From Obrimoposthia wandeli (taxonomy: Eukaryota): DNA of 64,000 bases. A program made the translations under genes and the position numbers. The notes beneath the pieces were generated by a model, which did not search any database, was not told where the DNA came from, and saw only the letters and a list, made by a program, of their open reading frames with translations. How positions within the stretch are numbered: the first letter of the stretch is position 1; each line of letters opens with the position of its first letter. Below, in pieces: positions 7,857 through 18,952 of the stretch. The stretch is taken from positions 1-64,000 of the forward strand of contig CDROCS010005562.1 in NCBI GenBank assembly GCA_977020255.1. The letters run 5' to 3'.

Positions 7857-8690
7857 ATGAGCTTGCTGCTTATCTCTTTACTTATTATTATCTACTTATT
7901 ACTCCGCTTGTTTAACTTTCATCGCATCAAATCAATCGTCTTATTCAGCACTGTTTTACTTACGCTGCTTATTAGTACAGGCGTTATTCCGAAATATTTA
8001 CTGGATAAATTACAGCAAGACTATGCGCAAAAACCAACAATACAATGGCAGGACAATAACGCCATTATCGTACTTGGCGCAGGCTTAGAAAAGGTCGGAG
8101 ATAGTGTTGATGCTGGGACTGTCAAAAAGGTTGATAATATCGAACCGCCCTTCCATGCTTTTGGACGTATTTACGAAGCAGCAAGACTTTACAATGAATG
8201 CACTAGTACAGAGCAAAGTAGTGCAGAGAAAAACAGTACAGACAAAAATAGTACAGAGCAACAATGTAAGATCATTGTCAGCGGGGGTGATACGCATAAA
8301 TTGGGGACGACAGAAGCAGCCGTATATAAACAACGTTTAGTGCAAATTGGCATTAACACCGATGATATTATTACCGAAGCTAACAGCCTTAACACTTGGC
8401 AGAATGCCCAATTTACCAGTGAAATACTGCGTAAGGGTGATTACGACAATAGCGTCTTAGTTTCATCTGGATTACACATCAAACGTAGCCAATTGTACTT
8501 TGAACATTTTGGTGTGCGCGCAACGCCAATCAGAGCCGATTATATGTCGACAACGGTGTCATGGCTGCCATTGGGTTATAACTTTGCACTGACTGATTTT
8601 GCCTTGCACGAATGGATTGGCTTTTGGCGATATGATATCTACAACATGCTTGGCGCAAATCAAAAACGTGTTGATGCTGGCGATGCCTAG
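7857..8690 (+). CDS. YdcF/DUF218 (ElyC/SanA) family protein
   Basis: AIIVLGAG, IIVSGGD, EANSLNTWQNA, LVSSGLHIKRS motifs; N-terminal TM helices. Confidence 0.88.
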   Translation: MSLLLISLLIIIYLLLRLFNFHRIKSIVLFSTVLLTLLISTGVIPKYLLDKLQQDYAQKPTIQWQDNNAIIVLGAGLEKVGDSVDAGTVKKVDNIEPPFHAFGRIYEAARLYNECTSTEQSSAEKNSTDKNSTEQQCKIIVSGGDTHKLGTTEAAVYKQRLVQIGINTDDIITEANSLNTWQNAQFTSEILRKGDYDNSVLVSSGLHIKRSQLYFEHFGVRATPIRADYMSTTVSWLPLGYNFALTDFALHEWIGFWRYDIYNMLGANQKRVDAGDA

Positions 8691-8762
8691 TGACGTAAGA
8701 GGCTTAGACAAAAGGCAGGCGTAACGTCAAACGAGCGACATGACGCAGCTAAAAAATACAGC

Positions 8763-8820
8763 GAAGATAATGAGCAACAAATTACTTGAATCCAGCAGTC
8801 ATGCTCGTTATCTTCGTCGA
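8763..8820. terminator. Probable bidirectional terminator
   Basis: Imperfect stem CGAAGATAATGAGC...GCTCGTTATCTTCG between convergent genes. Confidence 0.5.
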
Positions 8821-8826
8821 TTTACA

Positions 8827-10437
8827 TTATGACTTATCGACAACGTGCGCCGTAGAAATGTTTAACTCAGTCCAAACATGGTGAGCGAAACCAGCACCCG
8901 CTTCTTCGTACATGTTATAAACAGGATTAACACCAAGCGCTTTCAATTCGTCTTCATCACCTTTAAAGTGTGCGAGTGCCGCTACTTGGAAACTACAGCG
9001 TTCCATCTTATGTAATTGCTCTGCCGCATAATGGTTACCGTGGTGGTCAGGCATCGCTAATAGCACCAATTTAATGTTATCGGTCATTTCCAACTTATTC
9101 CAAAAATCGGTATCAAGCGCATCGCCCGTAATAACACGGCGACCTAATTCACAATGATCTAAGGTTTTCTGGTTATTGTAATCAAGCCCCAATACTTTAT
9201 CACCGTATTGCGCTTTCAATTCATCATACGCACCAGCGCCAATACGCCCCATACCCATGACTAAGATCTCTGCATCACCCAGTGACACAGGACGATCGTC
9301 AATGTGTAGTTCCGTGGCCTGAAAACGCGCTAACTGATGGGTAAAGCGATTATAGATATCGTCTGCGTACTTATTCAGTAACGAGGCAATGACAAAGCTC
9401 AGTGATACTGCCAGTGCGGTAATAATCAACCAATCCTGTGATAACCAGCCTTTATACGTGGCTAGCGCGGCGACAATCAAACCAAATTCGCTGTAGTTAG
9501 CCAGTGAAAAAGCAGCAAACAATGACGTACGCGCACGTAATTTGAATTGCGCTAACGTCACAAAGTACAGAGCTATTTTACCAAACAATACCACCGCTAA
9601 AATCACAGCGACGAACAAGTGATCAACGGTCGGCAGTCCACCCAAACCAATACTGAGGAAGAAACAGACAAGTAACATCTCTTTCATGTTAAACAAGGAT
9701 TTTGCCATCTGTTTGGCACTGGCATGACCCGCTAATAACATACCCGCAATCAAGGCACCGAGATCAGCTTTCATACCTACCGATTCAAACAGTCCAGCGC
9801 CTAGTACCAGTGCAAGGAAAATACCGTATAACACCAGTAACTCACCTTGACCCACTCGGTCTAACAATTTAAACAACAGCGGTCGAATTAACGGTAAGGC
9901 TAATAATATAACCGCAAACAACGATGGGATCTTACCGACTGATACTGTTAAAAAGACCACGGCAAAGATATCTTGCATGATCAGGATACCAATCGCGATA
10001 CGGCCATATAACGAGTTGGTTTCACTCTTTTCTTCCAGAATTTTTACCGCAAATACCGTACTCGAAAAACTTAATGCAAAGGCAACCAATACCAGCGAGA
10101 AGGTATCGAGGTTAGTAAAGAAGGTCAAACCGATTTGCTTTAAAACAAATAGCACCACGGCATAAAAAGCAATGCTGGCAAAGATATGCACACTTGCCCC
10201 GCCCCATACTTCAGCTTTAAATAAGGTGCGTATGTCTAGCTTTAAGCCAATCGAGAACAGCAGTAAGGTGACACCCAGATCGGCAAATGTTTGCAAACCT
10301 GCTGTCGCTTCAAAACCGTAAAAATTAAGCGCAAAACCCGCTAATAGGAAACCAACCATAGGGGGTAACCCCGTAAGATTAACGAGCATGCCAAAACTGA
10401 ATGCTGTGGCGATAAAGAGTATAAGAGTACTATCCAT
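8827..10437 (-). CDS. CPA2 cation:proton antiporter with C-terminal TrkA-N/KTN domain (Kef-like)
   Basis: LSFSSTVFAVKILEE and GILIMQDI motifs; Rossmann GMGRIG. Confidence 0.9.
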   Translation of the reverse strand: MDSTLILFIATAFSFGMLVNLTGLPPMVGFLLAGFALNFYGFEATAGLQTFADLGVTLLLFSIGLKLDIRTLFKAEVWGGASVHIFASIAFYAVVLFVLKQIGLTFFTNLDTFSLVLVAFALSFSSTVFAVKILEEKSETNSLYGRIAIGILIMQDIFAVVFLTVSVGKIPSLFAVILLALPLIRPLLFKLLDRVGQGELLVLYGIFLALVLGAGLFESVGMKADLGALIAGMLLAGHASAKQMAKSLFNMKEMLLVCFFLSIGLGGLPTVDHLFVAVILAVVLFGKIALYFVTLAQFKLRARTSLFAAFSLANYSEFGLIVAALATYKGWLSQDWLIITALAVSLSFVIASLLNKYADDIYNRFTHQLARFQATELHIDDRPVSLGDAEILVMGMGRIGAGAYDELKAQYGDKVLGLDYNNQKTLDHCELGRRVITGDALDTDFWNKLEMTDNIKLVLLAMPDHHGNHYAAEQLHKMERCSFQVAALAHFKGDEDELKALGVNPVYNMYEEAGAGFAHHVWTELNISTAHVVDKS

Positions 10438-10712
10438 TACGATGGCCTATTTAAGATGAACTAAGTGCTGATACCCTCGACATGAGAACCCTGAGCATGA
10501 TTAGCGATAAACTTTATTTAGAATTTAAGAGATGATTTTAGTTTGCTATTTTTAAACTGGTTTTAATGTGATTTTAAGATAATTTAGGCATTAGAACAAT
10601 CCCTTTATACTACTTAGGTATTAAATTCACATTAAGTATAACCAATAATAATCGGATATTGCTTTACACAGTAAACAGATAAAATAACAAAGTTCAAATA
10701 CCACAACGAGTG

Positions 10713-10768
10713 AATATAACATTTTTCACATATAACATTTGACGCATATAACATTTGACGCATATACT
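10713..10768 (+). promoter_or_regulatory. ars promoter/operator with 16-bp-period repeats
   Basis: Core ATATAACATTT at 10714, 10730 and 10746. TTGACG (10739)-N18-TATACT (10763) fits a sigma70 promoter. Confidence 0.55.
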
Positions 10769-10804
10769 ATACATAACAAAAAACAGATATATAACTGAGG
10801 GTAT

Positions 10805-11152
10805 ATGCAACCAGTACAACTTTTCAAAACCTTATCTGACGACTCTCGACTCAGGATCATCATGCTCATTGATCAAGAAAAAGAGCTGTGTGTATGTGAA
10901 TTAATCTCTGCGCTTACTGCAAGCCAGCCAAGTATCTCGCGCAATTTAGCGCAGCTGCGTAAGTCTGGATTACTCATTATTCGAAAGTATAAGCAATGGG
11001 TATTTTATGCTATCAACCCTGAGTTAGCACCGTGGATCAAATCCATTATCGCACTCAGTGCTAAACAAAATAATAGCTTAATTGGCGCAGATATACAGCG
11101 CTTAAACGACATGGGCAACCGCCCTGAACGCACACAACAACACTGCGAGTAA
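10805..11152 (+). CDS. arsR: ArsR family As(III)-responsive repressor
   Basis: ELCVCEL metal-binding motif, SQPSISRNLAQLR HTH; first gene of the ars operon. Confidence 0.92.
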   Translation: MQPVQLFKTLSDDSRLRIIMLIDQEKELCVCELISALTASQPSISRNLAQLRKSGLLIIRKYKQWVFYAINPELAPWIKSIIALSAKQNNSLIGADIQRLNDMGNRPERTQQHCE

Positions 11153-12235
11153 ATGATCATGGGTATATTTGAACGGTATTTATCGGTATGGGTAGCACTT
11201 GCTATCGCCGCAGGTGTTATTTTAGGGGTTTGGCAGCCTGACGTATTTCAGATCATTGCGGGTTTAGAAATTGCCCACGTTAACTTGGTTGTCGCTGTCT
11301 TTATCTGGATCATGATTTATCCAATGATGGTGCAAATCGATTTCTCGGCCATTAAAGATGTCGGCAAAAATCCCAAAGGTTTATTCCTCACGGTATTCAT
11401 TAACTGGATCATTAAACCTTTTACTATGGCTGCTTTTGCCTGGTTATTTTTCAAAGTATTCTTCGTAGATATGGTTGATCCCAGCTCTGCACAAGAATAT
11501 ATCGCCGGTATGATCTTACTTGGTGTTGCACCTTGTACGGCCATGGTATTTGTATGGTCACAACTAACCAAAGGTGATGCTAACTATACTTTAGTACAAG
11601 TATCGGTGAACGATATCATCATGGTCTTTGCGTTCGCGCCGATTGCAGCATTTTTATTGGAAGTCAGTGATATCAATGTACCTTGGGAAACTTTACTGTA
11701 CTCAGTTGTACTCTATGTAGTATTACCCTTGATTGCCGGTATTCTTACGCGTAGAAATTTAAACAAAGCCAATGACAAAGAAGCCATTCAACATGTACTT
11801 GCGAAGCTAAAACCTTGGTCTATCTTAGGCTTGCTCGCGACCGTGGTGTTATTATTTGGCTTTCAGGCAAACACCTTAATTAACGACCCGACGACTATCG
11901 TGCTTATCGCTATTCCGTTGGCGTTACAAACCTACATGATCTTTGCGATTACGTTTTTTGCCGCTAAAAAGCTAAAACTACCGCATAACATTGCCGGTCC
12001 TGCGTGCTTGATTGGTACGTCAAACTTCTTTGAGCTTGCTGTCGCGGTGGCTATTTCGTTATTTGGCCTGCATTCTGGTGCGGCTCTTGCGACTGTGGTG
12101 GGTGTGCTTGTTGAAGTACCGATTATGTTATCGCTCGTGGCGATTATTAACCGTAGCCATGGCTCATTCAGCGATTCATCTGGCAAGTTACCACGCGATT
12201 CATTAGACAATTCGTTAGACAATTCAAAACCTTAA
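11153..12235 (+). CDS. acr3: ACR3 family arsenite efflux transporter
   Basis: [42 protein letters not shown] motifs. Confidence 0.95.
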   Translation: MIMGIFERYLSVWVALAIAAGVILGVWQPDVFQIIAGLEIAHVNLVVAVFIWIMIYPMMVQIDFSAIKDVGKNPKGLFLTVFINWIIKPFTMAAFAWLFFKVFFVDMVDPSSAQEYIAGMILLGVAPCTAMVFVWSQLTKGDANYTLVQVSVNDIIMVFAFAPIAAFLLEVSDINVPWETLLYSVVLYVVLPLIAGILTRRNLNKANDKEAIQHVLAKLKPWSILGLLATVVLLFGFQANTLINDPTTIVLIAIPLALQTYMIFAITFFAAKKLKLPHNIAGPACLIGTSNFFELAVAVAISLFGLHSGAALATVVGVLVEVPIMLSLVAIINRSHGSFSDSSGKLPRDSLDNSLDNSKP

Positions 12236-12323
12236 TTGCTACACTTAGGTTAAGCGCTTAGATTAAAATATTAAATGCATAAATTTAATATAAATCAGAA
12301 TTATCAGTATTTTGGAGAATAAA

Positions 12324-13331
12324 ATGACTATTAAAATCGGTATTAATGGCTTTGGCCGCATGGGTCGTCTGGCAATGCGCGCTGCGTTTAATTGGGATGA
12401 TGTTGAAATTGTGCAAATTAATGATCCAGCCGGTAATGCTGAAACGTTAGCGCATTTACTTAATTTTGATTCAATTCATGGCCGCTGGCAGCACCAAGCT
12501 GATTACCTTGGTGATCAAATGATTATCGCCGATCAGTTTATCCCTTGCACTCGCAATACCGCCGTGGCGGATACCGATTGGTCAGGCTGTGATGTGGTGC
12601 TTGAAGCGTCTGGTAAAATCAAAACAACAGCACTGCTACAAGCTTATTTAGACCAAGGCGTTAAACGTGTTGTCGTTACAGCGCCAGTCAAAGAAGATGG
12701 TGTATTGAACGTGGTCATGGGGGTGAATGATAACCTGTACAACAAAGCCCTACACCCGATTGTGACGGCAGCGTCTTGTACAACCAACTGCCTTGCCCCC
12801 GTGGTTAAAGTATTAAACGAAAAAATAGGCATTAAACACGGTTCAATGACGACAATCCACAACATCACCAATACCCAAACAATTCTTGATGCGCCCCATG
12901 CTGATTTACGTCGTGCCCGCGCTTGCGGTACGTCTTTAATTCCAACCACCACAGGTTCTGCAACGGCAATTACCAATATCTTCCCTGAATTAACCGGTAA
13001 GTTAAACGGCCATGCTATCCGCGTACCACTGGCGAATGCATCGTTAACCGATTGTGTTTTTGAAGTGGCGCGTGAAACCACCGCAGAAGAAGTGAATGGT
13101 TACTTCAAGCAAGCTGCTGAACAAGAACTTAAAGACATTTTGGGTTATGAAGAACGCCCGTTAGTCTCTGTAGATTATAAAACCGACCCACGTTCAAGCA
13201 TCATTGATGCCTTATCCACTATGGTCGTTAATGGTACCCAAGTGAAAATCTATGCTTGGTACGACAATGAGTGGGGTTATGCAAATCGCGCCGCTGAATT
13301 GGCTCGCATGGTAGGTCGCTCAGACAAATGA
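12324..13331 (+). CDS. ArsJ-associated glyceraldehyde-3-phosphate dehydrogenase
   Basis: [28 protein letters not shown]; overlaps the arsJ start. Confidence 0.93.
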   Translation: MTIKIGINGFGRMGRLAMRAAFNWDDVEIVQINDPAGNAETLAHLLNFDSIHGRWQHQADYLGDQMIIADQFIPCTRNTAVADTDWSGCDVVLEASGKIKTTALLQAYLDQGVKRVVVTAPVKEDGVLNVVMGVNDNLYNKALHPIVTAASCTTNCLAPVVKVLNEKIGIKHGSMTTIHNITNTQTILDAPHADLRRARACGTSLIPTTTGSATAITNIFPELTGKLNGHAIRVPLANASLTDCVFEVARETTAEEVNGYFKQAAEQELKDILGYEERPLVSVDYKTDPRSSIIDALSTMVVNGTQVKIYAWYDNEWGYANRAAELARMVGRSDK

Positions 13332-14554
13332 TAAAAGCGTTAGCGGGTATTTCGCCACAAATAAAACAGTATCTCATCATTACCGGTAATTATTGGGCGT
13401 TCACTTTAACGGATGGCGCGTTACGCATGTTGGTGGTGCTGTATTTCCACCAGCTGGGTTATAGCCCGATTAATATCGCGATGTTGTTTGTGTTTTACGA
13501 AGTGTTCGGTGTCATCACCAATTTGATCGGTGGCTGGTTAGGCGCTCGTTTAGGGCTAAATAAAACCATGAACATTGGCTTGGCGATGCAAATTATTGCC
13601 TTGATGATGTTAACCGTACCCGCTGACATGTTGACTGTCGTTTATGTGATGATCGCCCAAGCCTTGTCTGGTATTGCCAAAGACTTGAATAAAATGAGCG
13701 CCAAAAGTGCCATTAAGCTGCTGGTACCAAAAGGCAATGACACTGACAATGCTAATGACAATAAACTCTACCACTGGGTTGCTGTCTTAACGGGTTCTAA
13801 AAATGCCTTAAAAGGTGTCGGCTTTTTCTTAGGCGGTGTACTCCTCACGACCTTTGGTTTTAAAGACGCTATTCTGCTGATGGCTGTCATCTTATTATTC
13901 GTTTGGCTCTGGAGCCTGTTCAGTTTAAAGGCCGAGCTCGGCAAAGCTAAAAACAAACCTAAGTTTACCGAGATATTTTCTAAAAGTAGTTCGATAAACT
14001 TGCTCTCTGCAGCGCGGTTATTTTTATTCGGTGCGCGTGATGTCTGGTTTGTCGTTGCCCTGCCGGTATTCTTAGCGACGACCTTTAATTGGGACCATTG
14101 GTGGGTTGGTGGCTTTATGGCAAGCTGGGTTATCGGCTATGGCATGGTGCAATCAATCGCGCCTCGTTTTACAGGTAAAAATCCCTCGCCACGTTCAGCA
14201 GCATCTTGGGCCGGTTACCTCGCTGTTATTCCAGTATTGATTGCCATCGCACTGCATTATCAATTCTATGTGCAGTTTTCGATTATCGTTGGTTTACTGA
14301 TTTTCGGTGCTTTGTTTGCCATTAATTCTTCGTTACACAGCTACTTGATTGTCAATTTAGCTGACAGTGATGGCGTGTCGATGGATGTTGGCTTTTACTA
14401 TATGGCTAACGCGATGGGTCGATTAATTGGTACGGTATTATCTGGCTGGGTATTTCAAGTTTATGGTTTAGAAATGTGCTTATGGATCTCCGCACTGTTT
14501 ATCGCCATTTCTGCTTTGATTGCATTGAAGCTAAAAGACGCATCGCCACATTAG
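13328..14554 (+). CDS. arsJ: Organoarsenical efflux MFS transporter ArsJ
   Basis: [49 protein letters not shown]; follows gapdh. Confidence 0.93.
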   Translation: MIKALAGISPQIKQYLIITGNYWAFTLTDGALRMLVVLYFHQLGYSPINIAMLFVFYEVFGVITNLIGGWLGARLGLNKTMNIGLAMQIIALMMLTVPADMLTVVYVMIAQALSGIAKDLNKMSAKSAIKLLVPKGNDTDNANDNKLYHWVAVLTGSKNALKGVGFFLGGVLLTTFGFKDAILLMAVILLFVWLWSLFSLKAELGKAKNKPKFTEIFSKSSSINLLSAARLFLFGARDVWFVVALPVFLATTFNWDHWWVGGFMASWVIGYGMVQSIAPRFTGKNPSPRSAASWAGYLAVIPVLIAIALHYQFYVQFSIIVGLLIFGALFAINSSLHSYLIVNLADSDGVSMDVGFYYMANAMGRLIGTVLSGWVFQVYGLEMCLWISALFIAISALIALKLKDASPH

Positions 14555-14814
14555 TTGAATGAATGCTGGATTGAATTAATGACTGACGAAATGAACAACT
14601 TGGTAATAGTTGACGCTGTCGCCAAGTTTTCTTACTCCTAACTGGTTAATTCACAACAAAATAACGTCATGTCACAAAATACAGTCCACAAACTTGAAGT
14701 TACCTATAAATAGTTAATAATCCACGCATTGAGACTTGTATACGCGTACTGCACATACACAGTCCTACACCCTACCTACTAAATCTATTAATCCAGGACG
14801 GAGTAATAACAGTC

Positions 14815-16287
14815 ATGATTATCTTTTTTATCTGCATCACACTATTAATATTAGGGTATAAATTTTATAGCCCCTTTGTTGAAAAACAAGCTGGTATCGA
14901 CCCTACCGCTAAAACTCCACAAGTAAGGTTTGAAGAAGGTGTCGATTACGTCGCAATCCACCCTGTTAAAGCTTTTCTTATTCAGTTTTTAAATATTGCC
15001 GGTGTTGGTCCCATTTTCGGCCCTATTCTGGGCGCACTTTATGGTCCAATCGCCCTTGTTTGGATCGTATTAGGTAATATCTTAGGTGGCGCAGTACACG
15101 ATTACTTCTCTGGGGTAATGAGTATTAAAGAAGACGGTAAAAGTTTACCTGAAATTGCCGGACACTATTACAACGTATTCTTTAAAGCCGTCATGCTGGT
15201 ATTTACTGCCATGCTACTGTTTTTTGTCGGTGTGGTATTCATCATGAGCCCTGCCGGTCTATTAAGTAACTTAAGTTATTTTGAAGGCACATTCCTGGCT
15301 GGGAATACATTCTGGGTATTAGTGATTTTGGGTTACTACCTACTCGCAACATTGCTACCAATTGATAAAATCATCACTAAATTTTATCCTATCTTTGGTT
15401 TGTTAATGATTGTGATGACGTCTCTTATCGCCATTTCATTGCTTTTCAATGCACCACATTTACCTGTTGCTGGTGACTTCCTTGGTTATTTTAACGCAGA
15501 TCATTACAGCCATGATTTCTTAGAACCGAATGCTGATGGTCTACCTGTATGGCCATTATTGTTCATGACGATTACCTGTGGCGCGATCAGTGGTTTCCAT
15601 TCGACTCAAGCACCCATTATTGCCCGTTGTCTAACCAATGAAAAATATGTGCGTCCGGTTTATTATGGCGCGATGATGTGTGAAGGTATTGTTGGTTGTG
15701 TATGGGCATTAGCCGGTATTGCAGCATTTCCTGAAGGTTATTCTGAACTTAAAGTATTGCTTGATCAAGGTGGTCCAGGTTTAGTGGTTAACCATGTTGC
15801 GAACAGTTATCTTGGTGCACTTGGTGGCATTATGGCCATTATTGCTGTGGCAGTATTCCCTATTACCTCGGGTGATACCGCTTTCCGTTCATTACGTTTA
15901 ACGTTAGTTGATGCGTTCAATATCCCGCAAAACTTACGTAACCGTCTATTACTTGCAGTGCCAATTTTGACCATTGCTTATTTCATGACGAAGTTAGACT
16001 TCTCATTAATCTGGCGTTATTTCGCGTTTTCAAACATGCTGCTTTCTACCAGTGTTTTGTGGCTAGCGACGAAGTTCTTATTTGATCGCGGCACCTTCCA
16101 TTGGATCGTGAGTTTACCAGCGGTAATTGGTACCAGTGTGACGGCGTCTTATATTATGACGGCTGGTATTGGTTTTAGTCTGCCAAGTGAATATGGCAAG
16201 CCAATTGGGGCTGTGGTTGGTATTATTTCGCTTATATTATTAATCATCTCTCACAACAAACGCCCAGCGGTGCCTGTTTCATCTTGA
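14815..16287 (+). CDS. cstA: Carbon starvation protein A family transporter
   Basis: IAGVGPIFGPI, GAVHDY, CGAISGFHSTQ, PITSGDTAFRS motifs. Confidence 0.9.
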   Translation: MIIFFICITLLILGYKFYSPFVEKQAGIDPTAKTPQVRFEEGVDYVAIHPVKAFLIQFLNIAGVGPIFGPILGALYGPIALVWIVLGNILGGAVHDYFSGVMSIKEDGKSLPEIAGHYYNVFFKAVMLVFTAMLLFFVGVVFIMSPAGLLSNLSYFEGTFLAGNTFWVLVILGYYLLATLLPIDKIITKFYPIFGLLMIVMTSLIAISLLFNAPHLPVAGDFLGYFNADHYSHDFLEPNADGLPVWPLLFMTITCGAISGFHSTQAPIIARCLTNEKYVRPVYYGAMMCEGIVGCVWALAGIAAFPEGYSELKVLLDQGGPGLVVNHVANSYLGALGGIMAIIAVAVFPITSGDTAFRSLRLTLVDAFNIPQNLRNRLLLAVPILTIAYFMTKLDFSLIWRYFAFSNMLLSTSVLWLATKFLFDRGTFHWIVSLPAVIGTSVTASYIMTAGIGFSLPSEYGKPIGAVVGIISLILLIISHNKRPAVPVSS

Positions 16288-16328
16288 TGTTTAGCAAGCA
16301 GTAGCACTTATGAATAAAAACGATTAAT

Positions 16329-16360
16329 AAAAAGCAGTGTTCAATTGAACACTGCTTTTT
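16329..16360. terminator. Bidirectional intrinsic terminator
   Basis: Perfect palindrome AAAAAGCAGTGTTCAATTGAACACTGCTTTTT with A/T tails, between convergent genes. Confidence 0.85.
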
Positions 16361-16379
16361 TTGTTTAAAGGATACGATT

Positions 16380-16805
16380 TTAAGGATACTTTTTTATGTA
16401 ATTAGGCTGGACTACACTTTCAACATATAAGGTTAATGCGGCTAGCGCTTTTGAATCCCAAGCAAAGATATCTGATTGCATTGGTTTTAACATGCAAAAC
16501 TGTACCATCTGTTCTGCTGTTATAGACGTGAGACCGGTCTGATCTTCAACCATCGCGACCTGATGGGGATAAGGTTGTTTAAAGGTCGCGTTTAATGCAG
16601 CGCCGCCAGTATGACAAGTCTCGCACGCAAGGCCACTTTGTCCAATACTAGGGTCTTTCCATAATTGTTCACCATAGCTTAATAGCCCTTCCTGACTACC
16701 GCTATAAACTGGATCACTCGCTTGTCTCACAACACTGTTCAATTGCTCATCGTTACAGGCTGTTAAACTAAACACAGCGACTATCGCTAATATTATTATT
16801 CTCAT
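16380..16805 (-). CDS. Monoheme c-type cytochrome lipoprotein, SoxA/TsdA-like heme domain
   Basis: Lipobox LTAC, CETCH heme motif, then YP...EQMVQFC...M...ALAALTLYV. Confidence 0.75.
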   Translation of the reverse strand: MRIIILAIVAVFSLTACNDEQLNSVVRQASDPVYSGSQEGLLSYGEQLWKDPSIGQSGLACETCHTGGAALNATFKQPYPHQVAMVEDQTGLTSITAEQMVQFCMLKPMQSDIFAWDSKALAALTLYVESVVQPNYIKKYP

Positions 16806-16893
16806 AAAGCATTATTCCCTCAATTAGACTCACCTTTAAAGATAGGTGAAGTTAACCATATCGGGATGATAATGCCATCATAACTAAAAACAA

Positions 16894-17367
16894 TTAGGCA
16901 GCGGCGCCGTGTACAACCTGAAAATGCTCAAGGACTAGCATCATATCTTCGTTAGCGTCGATCTCCGCAGTCTGACACTCCTTGGAAAAAAAGTCCCAAT
17001 GCGCAACGCGCCACCAATCTAGCGTGCGGTCGCCCTCGCCTTCCGAACAGGCAAATTCAGCGGTGACATCGACATACTTACATTCACTCACCGCGGTGAT
17101 CTCAACAATCGATGTCGGTTCACCACTCCAATTCGTGACCACGAGCAAATGTCCTGCTGTTGGCATAGGTTCCGCGCCCGATTCGTACCAATACTTCATA
17201 CTGCAAGTCGCGGTTTTAATCCCTTTACTGATTAAATCAGCACAGCGGTTAGCATTCACTTCATCATTACAAAAATAGTCGGCACTGAATGAGTTGTAAC
17301 GTTGACGGTCACTCTCTGTCAGCGTAGCTAAATATTCATTCAAATATTGTTGAGTTCTCTGTTCCAT
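16894..17367 (-). CDS. ASCH domain protein
   Basis: GIKTATCS, AEFACSEGEGDRTLDWWRVAHWDFF; GGAG RBS before ATG 17367. Confidence 0.9.
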   Translation of the reverse strand: MEQRTQQYLNEYLATLTESDRQRYNSFSADYFCNDEVNANRCADLISKGIKTATCSMKYWYESGAEPMPTAGHLLVVTNWSGEPTSIVEITAVSECKYVDVTAEFACSEGEGDRTLDWWRVAHWDFFSKECQTAEIDANEDMMLVLEHFQVVHGAAA

Positions 17368-17608
17368 TCTCACTCCAAAACACAATATTTCATTTATTAT
17401 CAATATCTTAAATCTTGTGTTTTTAATCTTAACGCTAGTAAACATTAACCTCGAGTATATTAACCTTCATATTCGGGCACAAGTACCGAGATCAAAGTTA
17501 TGGTAATTTATTTTCAATATATTGATGTGATAAATGTATTAAACCTAATTGTATATTCTAAAATATAACTCTATCTTCAATCTATCCCCTAAGATTTGAG
17601 TTAACGAC

Positions 17609-18898
17609 ATGATTATTGATTTTGGATTGAAAAGTTTAGTAGTTGCAAACAGATACCTGCGCCTTGGTAATACCATCCAGCTGCCAAAATCACTTGCAAC
17701 AGTCACCACCGTCAATCGTGACGAAGAAGTTGAACCGACATCAGTAGGTATGACGCAAGAGGGAGTCGATGCTATTTGGGCTACCGTTGAAGAACTCTAT
17801 AAAACCGGAACTCACCCTGCTATTTCGCTGTGTTTTCGTCGTCAAGGTAAAATTATTATTAGCCGTGCTATTGGTTATGCCAACGGCCATAAGCCCAATC
17901 AAAAAGCAGACTCTGACGCCAGGTTGATGCAACCTGAAACGCCTATTTGTTACTTTTCTGGCTCAAAAGCGGTGACAGCATTTTTAGTTCATTTACTCCA
18001 TGAAGACAAATTGATTGATTTACACGATCCTGTCAGCCTGCACCTGCCTGAGTTTGGCCAATGCGGTAAACAAGACATTAGTATTCACCAAGTATTATCG
18101 CATCGTAGCGGTATGCCCAAGATGCCGAGTACATTAGGTATTAATGAGCTGACTAACAATGACGAGATATGGCAGCAACTTTGCGCACAACAAATACCCG
18201 CCACACAAACAGGAAAACTTGCCTATCATGCGCTGAGCAGCGGCTATATTTTAGAACGCCTTATTGAGCAAGTATCGGGCATAAGCATACAAGCCTTCCT
18301 CGACTTAAGAATTCGTCAACCGATGAAGATGAAATACTTTAGTTATGGATTAGGTGATGAGCAACGTACCGACCTTGCGGATAATTACGCCACAGGGTTA
18401 AAAGCCATGTACCCCATTTCGTACTTTATTAAACGTGCACTCGGCGATACATTTGAGCAAGTGGCTGAAATTAGTAATACCCCACTGTTCCAGCAAGCCG
18501 TTATTCCTTCTGCTAATTTAATGGGCACAGCAGAAGAAATTGGCCGTTTTTATCAAATGCTGTCAAATAATGGTGTTTGGGAAGGTAAACAAATATGCCA
18601 ACCACTGACAGTCAGAAAGCTAATACGTGAAGAGGGTTCATTCGAATTTGACCGTACATTAATGGCGCCTATGCGATACAGCGCGGGACTCATGTTAGGT
18701 GCAGATCCCGTAGGTTTGTGGGGACTACATAGCGGCAAAGCATTTGGCCATATCGGCTTAATCAATAAATTATTATGGGCCGATCCAGACCGCGATATTT
18801 CCGTGTCATTAGTCAATACAGGGCTGCCGTTTGTCGCTAATCACGTGCCTTCATTGCTCAATTTCATGCACAGTATTAACAAGCATTGCTCACGTTAA
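17609..18898 (+). CDS. Serine hydrolase (beta-lactamase class C/esterase family)
   Basis: FSGSK (SxxK), LSHRSG, YHA, FGHIG motifs. Confidence 0.88.
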   Translation: MIIDFGLKSLVVANRYLRLGNTIQLPKSLATVTTVNRDEEVEPTSVGMTQEGVDAIWATVEELYKTGTHPAISLCFRRQGKIIISRAIGYANGHKPNQKADSDARLMQPETPICYFSGSKAVTAFLVHLLHEDKLIDLHDPVSLHLPEFGQCGKQDISIHQVLSHRSGMPKMPSTLGINELTNNDEIWQQLCAQQIPATQTGKLAYHALSSGYILERLIEQVSGISIQAFLDLRIRQPMKMKYFSYGLGDEQRTDLADNYATGLKAMYPISYFIKRALGDTFEQVAEISNTPLFQQAVIPSANLMGTAEEIGRFYQMLSNNGVWEGKQICQPLTVRKLIREEGSFEFDRTLMAPMRYSAGLMLGADPVGLWGLHSGKAFGHIGLINKLLWADPDRDISVSLVNTGLPFVANHVPSLLNFMHSINKHCSR

Positions 18899-18952
18899 CG
18901 CTCACGCTATTTATAGCTAAAAGCAAAAAGCCGTCAGATCTCGGCTTGTGAC

